A stretch of 64,000 nt of DNA from Vezdaea acicularis (lineage: Eukaryota), in assembly GCA_026025075.1 (NCBI GenBank), contig JAPEUI010000017.1, positions 62,001 through 126,000 of the forward strand, written 5' to 3'. Position 1 is the stretch's first letter. Each line of letters begins with the position of its first letter. The notes under the pieces were generated by a model. It worked only from the letters and a program-made list of their open reading frames with translations, was not told the DNA's origin and ran no database searches. A program made the position numbers and the translations under genes. Below are positions 46,057 to 59,649 of the stretch, in pieces.

Positions 46057-49000
46057 GCACTGTGAAATGCCCTGCACCTATTCGGTGCAACACATGCTCT
46101 TCAGTCTACAAAATGCACAAATTTATCTTTACCACCCAAAATAAATGTCTAATAATAGCACTCACCTTCGAGTGGGGTCGGGACGCTACGGAAAGCTACA
46201 AGTTGTTTTCTGAACCTGATATCTGGCTCATGCTGGAGAATTCCTTTGCTGCGGAGGTAGAGGGAGATCTTGCATCTTTTTCACATATGAAAGCATCACT
46301 GGACATGTAATGCATTGGCTGGCGTCGGACTTTGTGCTTAGCGAATGGTGAGGTAAATTCTCAACGTGAAGGTGGGTTTTACAGGTTTCGATGCATCTGC
46401 ACACTCTCTCAAACCTGGCCTTAACTTTGCTCGAGCTTCACGCGCTGCGATCTTCTTCAGTCTGATCGAGGTGAATCCATAGCTCTAGATCTTGAGCAGA
46501 TATAATATTTGCGGCTTACTTGGCTTTTAAAGAACGGTAGAGCCAATCTGATTCAGATGCAACATCATCTATGCGCTGGCTAAATTGACAACGAAGTATT
46601 TTAGTGAGCTTTCAGGGTATAGCCGGTCTTATCAAACTGTACAGCACATATTGAAAGGCGCCGCCATGCTGTAGCTACACGCGGCTATCATGGAATACGA
46701 ACACGCCTGGCTGCAAGAGGAGCAGGGGGTCCTGCAATACTTGATAGACCGCGGTCGTCCCCATGTTCGGTCCAATTTCCTTAGACATCCGCTGGTAACA
46801 AGGGTCTTTTCTCAGCTGCTTACACGACTGAGGGGTACTGCTGATAGCATGTACTAAACGCGTCCAGAATGTTTGAGCTCGATGCTAGGAAAAGCTGGGT
46901 CATATCGAACGTGATGATCACCATAGTGCAAATCTCGTCTTGAGACGATGCTCGGCTTTCGGGATTGCTTATATTTCAACCGAACACGTACTAGAATATA
47001 GATATCTCTCAACTTCCGTGGAAGGTACCCCGGCACTAACTCATACTTTATTTTAACCTAATTGAGTAACACGGCCCGTGCAAGTTATGGTACCTTTCTA
47101 CCCAAGTCCTCGACAGACTTGCACGAGAAGAGCCTGTGGATGGAAAGACGCTCATCATACAAGGAGAAGCCGCTAACCCATATACAATCGAAGCATCCTA
47201 AGTCAGGGCCGACCTCTAAAAGACAACCTACACCACATCCAGTTCCTCAATCATACCAACTTACTATACCCCATAAGCTCAAACAAAGCTTCCGGGTGAT
47301 CTGTGAGGTGATGTCTTCTGGCGAAACTCATCGGCCTATTTATCAATCTCAAGTTCAATTCCAACTTCGGACTACTTTACTCCGCCACCAATGTTTTGAG
47401 TTTTCAGTTCTGCGATCCGCGGAATCAATAAGCATGACTTGTCTGTGTCCGGATCGCTCTTTCTTCCCCTCCGGAAGCTCTTTGGATTTCAACTCCAACA
47501 AGCCCTCCTCTGCCCCTCTCTTCCTTCTTTCCCATTTCTTCTCTTTAAATCAAGTAATTGATACTTACCTATCAACCCAGGTCTTTCCATTCCTACTTTT
47601 CTAAGGGCAAAAGAGCCATCTAATCCTTCATATCATCGGGTCGTTCATTTGTCCTGAGAGTTTTTCGGCAAGTCCAGAGAGGTACTAAGCCCGAGAGTAC
47701 GCGCGCCCAACGAACATGACGCGGTCAAGGCCACAAGCAAAAGGTATGCTTCTTTTCGTTTTCTTTTGCCTTCTCTTCCCACTTCTCTTTCTCAAGTATG
47801 TATACACCTCTCTACCCACAGTTCTTCCCTTTCCCCACTCCGCTCTCCTTTTTCATATCCACCCACTTGAAATTTCAAATCCCTAATTATTTCTGGATCG
47901 TCGCGATTAAAAGATCCCCAGGAAGCGAAGCTTATTGGACTAACGGTATTATTCTCTTTCACCAACCTCTAAACCTTGGACATATACTAAGTCTCTCTCT
48001 CGGTCCTACTCCTTCAGTATCCTTAGGTGTGCAAGTTTACTCAAGCTCGTAAGACAAGTTTCAAGAGGGCACCAAATCACCATTCTCTCATTTCAAAATA
48101 CTCTTACTCGATCAATGAGTTCCCCAGCCGTCACAATCGATTGACTCACTTCACTCGCAGCTTAAGCTTACAAGCGACTTGATTTTGGCGACTCACTCGA
48201 GCCGCTTAAATTGAACCTGATCCCGAAGTTCGTGAGGTAAGCTTCCTTATTCACCTGGCCGATTTCCTTCCTTAATTAAACTCTCATCCCTTTGACACAT
48301 CTATTGGACACCCCATCATTCATCCTCTTCAAACTCGGTCCGCTTCCTTTGCCTCATCATATTCTTCCATATCATCCAATTCTGCAGACTAAATCGAGTT
48401 CTTTGCATCACCGCAAATCAAGTATGATCTTTCTCTAGCGCGTCTGCAAAAGCTTTCTATCAAATCAGATTTCTTTCCCCTTCTAGACCTTCTCCTTACT
48501 CGGTATAGATCCTGCTTCCTCGGACACCTTCTCTTCCTCTCTACCCTTCTTCCATCGCAACATGCTTCATAGATCTCCACATACCTCCGCAACTATCTTG
48601 GTATACTCTAACAAGTTTTCACTATCATAGACATAACTGAGCACCCTACTTCACTCTGGGTTGACTTCACCAGCTCTCTAGTTGCGAGAAATCGTATAAA
48701 TAAGGGGACTGAATCCTTCGGTACCTTAATCCAAGGTACTAATGAAATACTCAGCTCTTCATATCCAAACGGTCACCTCATCTGACTTTCACTTGACTAG
48801 ATTATCTTACTTGAGTCTTTCAACAGATTCTCAACTGCTGCGCCTCGAGGTAAGAATCGGCTTTGAATGGACTTTATCCTCTCGCACTGTATCAAGTCGC
48901 TCCTCGTCATTCCTCAGTCTTACTTCCTCTATCAAGCTCCTCTTCAGTCTACATGACTTTCTCTTTCACTAACCGCCTTGTTATATTGGCTTAATCTAAT

Positions 49001-49426
49001 ATATCACTAAAGAGGATAGATTTTGCCGATAAAGCCAGCTCAGCATCGCCTTTAGTTAGTCCGACCCATGTGGGATATCCTTGAGCTATTAACCTGACTA
49101 TACTAGCTTTATATTGAGGTAAGCTTTCTCGGTTAACTCAACATATCCTGCTTCAGCGGGGTACCTTCCTCTTGAAGTACCGCTTTTTCCTTACTCAACC
49201 CATTTTCCCCCTTCACATGTTCTTCGAATATCTTTACCATTATACTAATTCCGTGGGAGCTGGTATGCTATCATCTTTGTGATCTTCACGCCTTCAAACA
49301 CTTAAGACCCCTTTCGAGCCTTGAGTGTAGTCCCTGCTCTCTATGGATTACTTTTTGGTCAGGTCTCTAATAGAGTATTGCCTCGCAGGTATACATTAAA
49401 GCAGTCGGAAGAATAATCAATCAAAC

Positions 49427-52400
49427 ATGTCTTATCATGAGTACGATATTTTAGGCTCTCAAATGGTTGCTGAAGATCGATCTCGAGAGCCAACACCCTC
49501 TGATGTTTCTGATGGCACGGATGAAGCCCTCGAAGATCACATCGTTAAAACTTCTACCCCTTCTACCTTGCCCCAAACTCGAGCATACTATTCCCAGCAT
49601 TCGGTTAATGGTGGAACAGGGCATTACTCTACACATTGTGAGTGGAATCATAGTTGTGATGTTCTTCCTGCTAAACATCGTTTTGAGCGAAAAGCAAACT
49701 CAAAAGGTGGTATTGCGACAATGCTGTCTGAAATTGGGAAGGGTTCCGTAGGAACTGGGACGAATGTGCATCTACCATCGGTCCATGCTCAGCCAGTGGC
49801 ACTTTGCCTGGAAGGGCGACCTTCCGAATACGTGGCTCACGGTTTACCGCTATCAGGGATGGAATACATCGACCTTGATACTTATGAAGATGATTATTTT
49901 GCGAATAGATTAGCTGAAATACATGATCATCAGCAAACGATTGCCAGTTTGATCAAGGAGGAACCGGCCGATGGAGAAGACGACTGCGTGATTACTAGTA
50001 TCAAGGAACGCCGCGTAGATACACTTATTAAAACCGAAGAAATTGAACAAGACATCAGGCATGAGCAGCACAGGTTAAGGCAATCTTCTCACAATCTAGA
50101 TGATACTAGCTGTACATACAGTAATATTTCCAACATCAGCAGCCCGACAAATGCACCTTCGGATATATCTCATCCAAAAACGGGAGTTACACCGAAGACC
50201 ATAAAGTTAAAACAGATGTTCTCCGACATTGAGAAGGCGAACTGTGGAGGAGCTGAGAGCCGCGAAGTTCAGATAGAGCACCCATGTCCAATACGGACGG
50301 TAGATACAGCACAGCCACTACAAGCTGTCCCCAAATACCGAAGAGGTCTTTTTTCAGGATTTGACCAATGCCAACCGGACAACAGTGGTTCAAAATTGTC
50401 TCCATCTGCGCAGCTTAACATTCCTCCAAAACTTCAAATTGCCTCGAACACCTCTAAATCTAGTTCTGCTCAGCCGACTCAGACGAATGGCAATTCTGAT
50501 GGATCAGGCACAAACCATAGAAGCAAGCTCTTTCTTCCGAAGCTATCGCTGTTGGATCTACCAGTTTCAGGTCCTAAGCCATCAACTCGGGCAAGCGAGA
50601 CTTTTAATGAGTCGGATATAAATATCAGGAGCAGCCTCAGCCTTCCTAGAGCACTGTCTCTCGCTGAAGCTGCCATGGTGACAGATCATGAAATCCAAAG
50701 GAATTATGCAGCCGGAGATCTAGACGCCAACATGCTTGACTTAGAGGAGATGGATTGGAACCATCAAGGCGAGGATGAGGGAGAGGACTCCGATTGGGAG
50801 GCAGAGTGCGTATGATCCTCTAGACTTTTGATAGGTTATTAATTTTCTTGCAGATGCTCTCGATTATCTGCCCGCAACAACAAGTTAGCCTCATCTGGGA
50901 CTATTCGACTTTGCGACGAAGTAGAATTGAGGTATGCTAAGAGGCGCCGAGCAGAGGCAGCACGTCGAGTTCACGGAGATAGAATGTTAGTGATCTTATG
51001 GTTAAGGCTGAATATGCGCAGTAACTGATTTCTTTCTAGCCCACAGGACCTCGTTCTTCCCGATGCGGACCCATTATTTATACCAGAAAGCAGCAGCTCA
51101 CGTGGCAGGTTGAAGAAGCCTACCGATCGCGAAATCCACATGAGAATGCGCTCTCCTAGCCGCCCTCCGCCATTGCCTTCTTCGTTAATCGAGGATGGCA
51201 TAGATGAAGCTGGAATGGCAGAGGCTCTCGACTGTAGGAATCACCAACAATCACAAGTCCAAGGAAGACACCCTGATGGCAACAGGGCTTCTGATCATGA
51301 TGACTTTGACGAGAACCTTATTCAGTCTATGGCAAGGGATATCACGGCAGCATCGAAGACCAAGAGAATTGGAGGGAAATCTGCAAAAGAACTACATCAA
51401 AGGGTGAAAAGACGAGCGAATGGAGGTCAAATAACCGCTACAAATGTTACGAAAGTCTCAAAGGGTCCAGTCGCCACTAAAGGAGTAGGGCGCGGTAATA
51501 TTCCTGCGAATAATAGTAATAAGGGGAAAGGCAAAGTTAAAGGCAAAGCAGCTCAAGCTATCGCCCCAAAAAATACAAAAGCGTCCAGAAAATCGTCCAA
51601 GAAGCAAGCTCCCACGCAAAAGGCGAGACTAAAACGAAACGTCATCGCCGACGATAAGACAGTCAACGATTTACTCATTGACCTCGTCACAAATGATGCC
51701 ATTGCGGACCGGATCGCCCAAGGGGCCCTAGGGGAGGAGCCTGAAGTGACCACTCGTAATAAGGATCGAATGCTCAAAGACCTAATAGCCAGCGTGCCCA
51801 GGGAGCTCCAGGATAAGTCTGACAAGAAAGAGCTCCTGAGAGCTAGCAAAGCGTTTGGCCGTAGAGTATGTCAACTCTCAACAAATCTCCCAAATTCAAG
51901 TCCTAATCTTTTTTGAAGAAAGTCAAGGTTGTAAACGGAAAATGGCTTTTGAGCGGTATGAGGACGCCTCTCTATCATCATCAGCTACTCGGAGCAGATT
52001 GGATGGTGCGAAGAGAGCGTAAGGCCCAAGTCCTCGATAATATATGAATAAATACTAATGATTTTTCAGTGAGCGAAAGTCGTCCATATGGGGGCATACT
52101 TGCCGACTCGATGGGACTTGGAAAGACATTACGTAGGCTCACCTTTCTCTACATCTCCTGCTATAGCCTCTGAAGACATTTAGAAATTTTGGCCCTCATG
52201 TGTGGGAACCTTCCGAAACTTGAGAACGGGTGCGACAGAAGACCGACGTTGCTAGTTCTTCCGAGCGCAATCATATCACAATGGCAAGAGGAAATTAGCC
52301 GTCACCTGAACGAGGATGTCTTCCCGAGAGTCTTGCACTACAGGGCATCAACAGAGTTGAAGAAAGACTTTCTTGAACTTTCGGACATCATCGTTACCTC

Positions 52401-54683
52401 GTATGGAGAAGTCTGCAAATCATTTCCTTTCCCAAAGAAAGAAGAACTGAAGGCGCTGAGCTTCGATATGCTTCAATTGTGGATCAAAAAGTATTGGCCC
52501 GAACGAGGCACATTGCACAGATTGAAGTACTATAGAGTTAGGGTGGCTTTATTCTAAGTGGATTAGTTAATTTGCTAATTATCTATGACCAGGTCGTTCT
52601 CGATGAAGCACACGCTATTAAAAACTATAAAAGTCAGACCTCATTAGCCTGCCAAGCTTTGAAGTCACAGTATCGATGGGCTGTTACGGGTACTCCGATC
52701 CAGAACAATCTCGAGGAGCTTTATCCCTACTTCAAATTCCTCAACATCGAACAAGCCCGAGCATTCCACGAATTTAAGGACAGATTTTGTAACCCTTATT
52801 CTGATGACTGCCTCAACCGCGCTGTTGCGTTCCTGTCTTTTATCATGATGAGGAGGACGATCGCCAATACAAGTAGGTGATTGTTATGATCTTTCACGAA
52901 GGTGAGGTGCTGATCAATATGTGGTGTAGTGTTTAACAGACCTATTGTTTCACTACCTCCGGTGCATGCAGAGACAATCCGTCTCGACTTCAGCAAGGGC
53001 GAAAGAGCTCTATACTCTATACTCGAGGAGAGGTTCCGTAGGGACTTAAACAAGCACTTAGGGCTGGGCACCGCTGCAAAGAATTATGCCACCATAATGG
53101 TCATGCTGCTAAGGTTGCGCCAGTGCACTTCGCATCCTTTTCTCCTCAAGCAAACCATCAAAGATACCTTCTCTCTGGAAGACTTACGGCGTCTCGAGGA
53201 GCAATCAAGGAACAATGGTGATCTTCGACCGTTATTTGAACAGATCGGCCAGTGGCGGAATGACGCTGAAAACCTATCTAGAGCCTCCGAAGAAACCGAA
53301 AATGCCGACCCACCCCCTCAGAATAACTTTGGTCGCGGGTCCTACGGAAATAGCTTCGATCTAAAGAAATATCTGGATACCCTGGACGAGACTGATATGC
53401 TAGCAAGATGTATCTGCCGGCTATGCCTCGATATCGCAGATAAGGCGATCATAACAAGCTGCAACCACGTCTTCTGCCACCAATGTCTCGAGGGTGAGAG
53501 TAACAGACGGGCAAGAGAGGCTGTGGACGAATTTCACCTTGTCTGCCCGTACTGCGAGAGTCTATTAAACAGCGTTGAACCTTGCAGGAAGTTGGAACCT
53601 CGTAAATCTGACGATGCTGTTGACTTCTCAGATGAAGACGCAGGAGAGGGTGAGCCTGGTCTATCCCAGAGAAGTCGTAGGCCTAAATCCAAGCGCGAGT
53701 CATGGGTCAACATGATTGGAGAGATGCTTCCTTCCGCCAAAACCATTGCTGTCAAGAGCAAGCTCTTGTCCTGGTTCCATGCAGATCCAACAACTAAAGT
53801 CGTGATTTTCGTCCAGTTTCGTCTCATGTTAGTCTTCAATCCACCTATTACCTCGGATCAGTCTATTAACAAAACATGCAGGATCGATATCTTACGAAAG
53901 ATCCTTCAAGATGAAAAGATAGGCAGTTGTACATATCACGGCGACATGAACCAGAAGACCCGTCACGCGAACGTTAAGAAGTTCCACGAAGACCCGAATG
54001 TGAAAGTGATGATTGCTGGTCTGAAGTGTGGCGTAAGTTGTCTTCACTCTCTCTCAGTAATTCCATCATATTGACCGTATATCAGGGCCAAGGGTTGAAC
54101 TTGACATGCGCGAACAAGGTCATTTCGCTGGATCTTTGGTGGAATCATAGTGTGGTGAGTGGTCTATGTCTCGCTGGAGGTCTCCCTGCATATATCCTTC
54201 ATTTTGAAGGAGACAAGCTATATGGACCCTCGATCTTTGTAACACCCTCCAAGTTTTTGAAGACCTCCCATTACACAAAATTTGACGTTTTGAGAAGGAG
54301 CTCGCGAAACGGGAGACCTCACATAACATGACATCACTAAAGTAATTAATATAATAGGAACAACAAGCCTTTGGACGAATTTTCCGCATAGGGCAACAGC
54401 GCGAAACGGAATTTATTCGGTTCGCGGTGAAAGGCACGGTAGATAATCGGCTCCTTAGTATGCAAGCAGAGAAGATCCGTGTTATAAATAATGCGATGGT
54501 ATGTCCTATTTTCATTGTGTATAAGATCTTCCATCTAATCTACGATAGGGCGACAATCCTAACCAACCCCGTCCGCGACTCTCAATTGAAGAGCTTGCAA
54601 AGCTATTCGGTTACTTGACGGAAGGTCCTGAGGGTGAACCGGTAGTCCTGAGCGATAGTGATGATACGGAAGATGGCGAATAG
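49427..54683 (+). CDS. SNF2-family helicase/ATPase with RING finger (Rad5/Rad16/Uls1-like subfamily)
   Basis: GGILADSMGLGKT, DEAH, TGTPIQN and LLRLRQ motifs; RING CRLC...CNHVFCHQC...CPYC; helicase-C GLNLTCAN, DLWWN and QAFGRIFRIGQ; long disordered N-terminus; many GT-AG introns; the 5' exon structure is less certain. Confidence 0.88.
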
Positions 54684-54910
54684 GGAGATTTTCTGACTGG
54701 ATCAAAGACCAAATATCCAGCTTTTGAGCACCTGAGTTAACATATTGAACTATGATATAATGGGAGGTCTCCAAGGGCTTAGACCACTAGATTGAATCTT
54801 AGGGATGGTGAAAGGAGCAGGCGTTACAAGACTTATTCCAGCGATTGGCTTAACATAATCTAATCATTTTCTCGGGGGCGGGTCCATGGCAAGATATTTC
54901 GTGATATAAC

Positions 54911-56531
54911 CTACACAGGGACGCTACTGAAGAGAGAATCCAGATGCTTTACCGCCTTGCATGACAACCTCAGCTCCGACATGAAATCAATATGCTTAGG
55001 AACTGAAGCACGGACTACTTTGAAAGCGTCTGACAGAGCCTTTTCGAGTATCAAACGCTCTTGCTTACCGATGTCTATACCATCTAGCAGAGTCCAGCAG
55101 ACAAGAATACCTCGCATCGCTTCCCCTCGATGGTAATAGGCTCGCGGCCAGCCATTAAGAAAGACAGATTGAAGAGCACCAGCTGCTGATATCAAAAGTA
55201 AAGGGTAGGTGTTGCCGAAGGGAGCACTGAGCGTATCAGCCAGTAGGGGGATCAAGACCTTCTGATGCGTCAGGCATGGAATCTCGTCTATACTAGGAGC
55301 CTACCTTCAAGTGTTTCACAGACCAAATGCCCATCTCGTGTGTAAGAGAAGCAATCTGGCGAACCAAGAGCTCAGCTATCTTTACATCATCTCCTGCGTA
55401 CTGAAGCCCTTTCAAGACTCCATCCCTCAAAACTCGGTCAAAGAATTCCCTCCTCTCTAGCCAGTCTGTAGCTTCTTGATGCATCAGGTTACCCAAAATT
55501 GTGAGAGCCGGATAGGCACGTTCGAGTAAGTATACTGATTCTTCTCGAGGGGTAAGGCTTGGGAGACACAGCAGGCTCGGCATTATCGCATCAAATATAA
55601 CTTCCCCCAATCCTGTCCGTTTAAGCAACGCGTATGGCGTCTTTTGGAGAAACGCGCTCAGTAACTCACACCCAATTGCCTTAAAACGTGGGGTAGAATC
55701 ATCAACCATATTCAGAACTGGAGGCACGATCAGGGGCCAGGTATCCTCATCCACCCCATCCTAGGAACTGTCAATCTGCCGGATTCATGAATCATAACCT
55801 TTCAATGTACCTTTAGAGTTTTTATAGCCCAGCGGATCACAGGAATGATCCAGGCGTTCTGGTGCTTCCAGGGTTTTGTCTCTTCCTTGAAGTCTGTATA
55901 TCCAGGTCCCTTCTGCAGAGGGTGCCTTACTCTGCGGCCAAGCGCTGTCACATTGGGATTTGTGGTTTGTGCAAAGATTGGTTTGATAATTTTTTGCAGG
56001 ATGTCTCTGACATGTGCTTGGCCGTACGCTTCATGTCTTGAAAGTAACGCGATGGCCTCTTGAAAGTTATTTTTCGTAGTCCACGGATCTGATTGGTCTG
56101 TGAAAATCGCAATACTAGCTGTGATTTGCACGCCCTCTTGGACCCCATTGAAAGGTATCATTGCATCGAGCAGGCTTATAACTCTGAGGCCCAATTCAGA
56201 CACCTCTATGAATAACTTTGCATTAGGGTTCTTGCGGGTTTCGCTCGCTCCTAATCAAATTCAATTGAACTTTCATGCCTTGGATCATAGTCTTCCTCTT
56301 ACCATCGCTAAACACTTGAGGGAAAAGATCAGCGGAAGGTCGTATCGCCCGAAAGATCCATCCATAATGCTGTGCATGCTCTTCGATATGTTTTAAATCA
56401 TGCTCAGTCTTCGTTGATGTGTTTAACAAAGCCTCTACCTGCTCAAGCTGGATACGGGTCTTCAAAGGGTCAGTAATAAACCCAAATTACCTGCGGAATC
56501 AGCCTACATCATTTAGTTCGGTGCTTTCCAT
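54911..56531 (-). CDS. TTI2: TEL2-interacting protein 2 (TTT complex) homologue
   Basis: KPWK, WPLIVPPVLNMVDD, LLKRTGLGEV, LPSLTP and NGWPR motifs typical of fungal Tti2; multi-exon; the start codon is tentative. Confidence 0.75.
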
Positions 56532-57157
56532 CACCTAGAGTTTCTTATGAGGAAGTACCAAAGCGAACCAGCTTAGTAGCTAAGTACGCCGTTCGCTTGA
56601 ACTTGCGGAAAGTCCAAATAGGGACAGTATGCAGGGCGTATATGCAATGCTGAATAATCTTAAACCTTTGGCGACCTTCCTGTAATATCTTGTCGGCGAA
56701 TGCCCCCAAACGCACGATACGTAACTCGCCTTTTTACCGATCTGCCCCTTTCACTCTTACTATCATCAATCACGACCTGAAGTCCCATAATGTCCGCTTC
56801 TTGATCGTTCCTGGAGATTCAAGCAAGTAATCTACGCCCCTCGGATACCTCCCATTATATCATCATTCAATCTGTCTACTTTAGTGCTCACAATTCAGAA
56901 CGCTGACATTGATCCATGAATATCTTATATTTGACATGAATGACAACATCGAGAATCAACATAGAACATTTACTGACGCTGCAAAATAGTTGTGATATAT
57001 CTATTATCAGCAGCGTTTTTACGAAAAGAGTACATGCGTCGCTCGTGCGCCACCAAGCTGCATTCAGGACGGAGCACACGCCCTATTGGGCAGCAGTCAG
57101 TTCGTTGTCAATTCTGTTCTGTATGAAAAGTTGTGACTAACATCGATCTGGCGCGTT

Positions 57158-59168
57158 CTACGACTTCTGCTTCTCATAGCGAAATTTATGTATCTGGCTA
57201 AGCACCATATCAAGAGCTTCCCTACAATGTACGGAGTCCTTGTGGTCTTTATGCGGATGCCGGAGCTGCCAGGCCATGACCATATCTAGAGCCTGCTTTA
57301 ACCACGGACCGGGCTTCCATCCTAACTCGTTCACAAGAACGTTGCCCTTAAGTATCGGCGCGAGAGCATAAGCCTCCGATAAGCCCAAATCATCAATTCT
57401 CTGAGTGAATTTGACGTAATCTTGGAAAATGGCGCCTCGTTCTATTTCCGTCAGCTGAATATCGTCAATTTCCCAGAGGGCTCACCATTTTTCGACGCAG
57501 ATTCGTCGGATCTTAAAGCAGCAGTTTCTGCCAGTAAGGAGAACAAGACCTGCAGTCTCCATGTCGATCCCCATTTTCGAATTGCCATACCTAATATATC
57601 GCGACCCACTAATTCCTCATCTAAGTCCATTGCCGCAGCAGGCGGAACATCATCTTCCAGCACCTTCCTTTTCATGCAAATAATATGAGTGTTGTTCTCA
57701 AAAGCCTGTGTAATGATGGTGCATATTTCGTTGCTAGCATCTATCCCCTTCCTTGCAGCAACTTTTGCTATACAACCCTGAGATTTGTCACTAGTCATTG
57801 GCGATGCTTGTATCGAAGAATCCAACCACGGAGCCACTGATACAAGGATCCAGGCCATATATTGCTCTTTTGCGGTCCGAACAAGGGTGCTTCCCAATCT
57901 CAAGGGCGCTTCAGCTTCGTTAACGGTTCCCGCTTGCGGAAGGAGATCGTGGAGACTATCATACGCCACATTCCAGCCATCCAAAGACGGCTTAGGAGAA
58001 GATTCCCCGAGTGGGTCTGTGGTAAAAATAGTGTGATAAAGACCAAGCCTATTGATCAGAGACAATGACAGGTGAGGATTAGGTCCTGTCTCAGGAATTA
58101 GATGCATGCTGGATATTACATGTAAGGGGAGCAACCACCTGTTAACATCTTCTTAATTTCCTCACCTACCCTTTCCCGACTAATTTTTCTCCTAAGAGCT
58201 TCTTGAATTTCCTTGCTTTCCATTGAGACTTCCGCTACCGGATCAATTGTATAATTGAGTCTAGAAGCAAATCTAATCAGGCGGAGAATGCGCAAAGGGT
58301 CATCCATGAATGTCGTGTAAGGGTTCAAGGGCGTCCGGAGTATCTTGTTTCTCATATCTGAAAGACCTCGGCCTGTGAAATCTTCTATTGATGAGCTATG
58401 TAGGTTGTAGAAAAGGGCGTTGATAGTCGCATCGCGACGTAAGGCGTCCTCTTCGGGAGTCGCGGCTTGCATTTGTGGAGTCCGGCTATCTTCCGCATAT
58501 GTCTCTTTCCTCAAGTTCACCAAATCTATACTCAAGCCCATCATATGAGTAGTGATAGTTTCAAGATGTTTGGATTTCTCTGGGTTGGCCTTGATTTTGT
58601 GGAGCTCCCCAAAAAGGGCATCAAAGTCATCCTCAGACTCTGGCAAATAGTCAGGGCCCTTGCCATTCTTCCTCAAGCCCCTCAGCTCCTCAACATATTC
58701 CTTCATGGCATCTCCAAATTCCTCGCCTGTACGATTGATTGCCACATCAATATCGTGACTTACAACGCCCAAGAGCTTGTCCCTCACCCAACCACCTGCA
58801 AATCGAAGCTCAACAGTGTTTTGCAGGTGAGGGCCCGTTGAGCGGTTGATATACTCCCCAACATCCAGCAAGAATTCTCGGAGGTTTGCTTCACTTGACG
58901 TGAGACTGATTTGGGGTCGTCCGGGCTTCTCGTAGGCCTCCTCCATTGAAAACCTCCGTTCTGCTCTTTTGGGAAGGCCTGCGACGGGTTTTTGGGGATA
59001 TTCGAGGAATACCAATGATCGCGGCTGTCGGTAAGGCGTTATGCTTCTTACCTTTCGGTATGTTGTGAATAGCTTTGCATGACTTCGAGGTGTTTTGCAA
59101 CCAGGAGGAAGGTTGGATTGAACATTACGAGTCTGTACGAGGACGGATCCCAGCAATTTTGAATTCAT
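57158..59168 (-). CDS. CCA1: CCA tRNA nucleotidyltransferase (class II NTase / poly(A) polymerase family)
   Basis: GGWVRDKLLG..SHDIDVA, PEKSKHLET, DLVNLRKETY, RRDATINALFYN, DDPLRILRLIRFASR and KISRERVG motifs; C-terminal PILKG...PGPW; two in-frame ATGs (59168 and 58946). Confidence 0.92.
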
Positions 59169-59649
59169 ACATGTAAACGAGAGAAAGAACACTTATCCTC
59201 AACAGCATAACACGGCTGCAGTGAGGGTCTTCCACTGTGCCGTGTGAATACATGTACTAAGAGGATCATTTAGAGCCTTCAATGATAGTCAGGTTTGTTG
59301 TGTTCTACCACAGTACAAAGTTTCGCCTCAACTTTGTCTTGTTTGCATCAAATTTTGCGCGCAGTTCTTGAGTTGAAAATCAGGTCAGTCAGGAACTCGC
59401 TACGGTATCACCAAACTTCTCTCCACCGAGCCCTTTTACCATTCACTCTATATCAAAAACGGAGGACTTATGTGCTGAGTCAAGTCTTCATATGCTGTAC
59501 ACAGTGCAGAGGATTCTGTCAACCGCTGTGCCTGATATCCTGCTCTGTCTTACTTAGCCTTTTTGGATCCTCATTACATGAAATCATCAGGCATCGCGAA
59601 ACATCACGACTAAACTTGGTCGCTCCCTCTCAACTCCTAGCTGGCTTTG

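Noticed and set aside
47062..47604. 180-aa ORF between VCX1 and the SNF2 gene
   Set aside because: Non-ATG start, no recognisable motif, and low-complexity pyrimidine-rich end.
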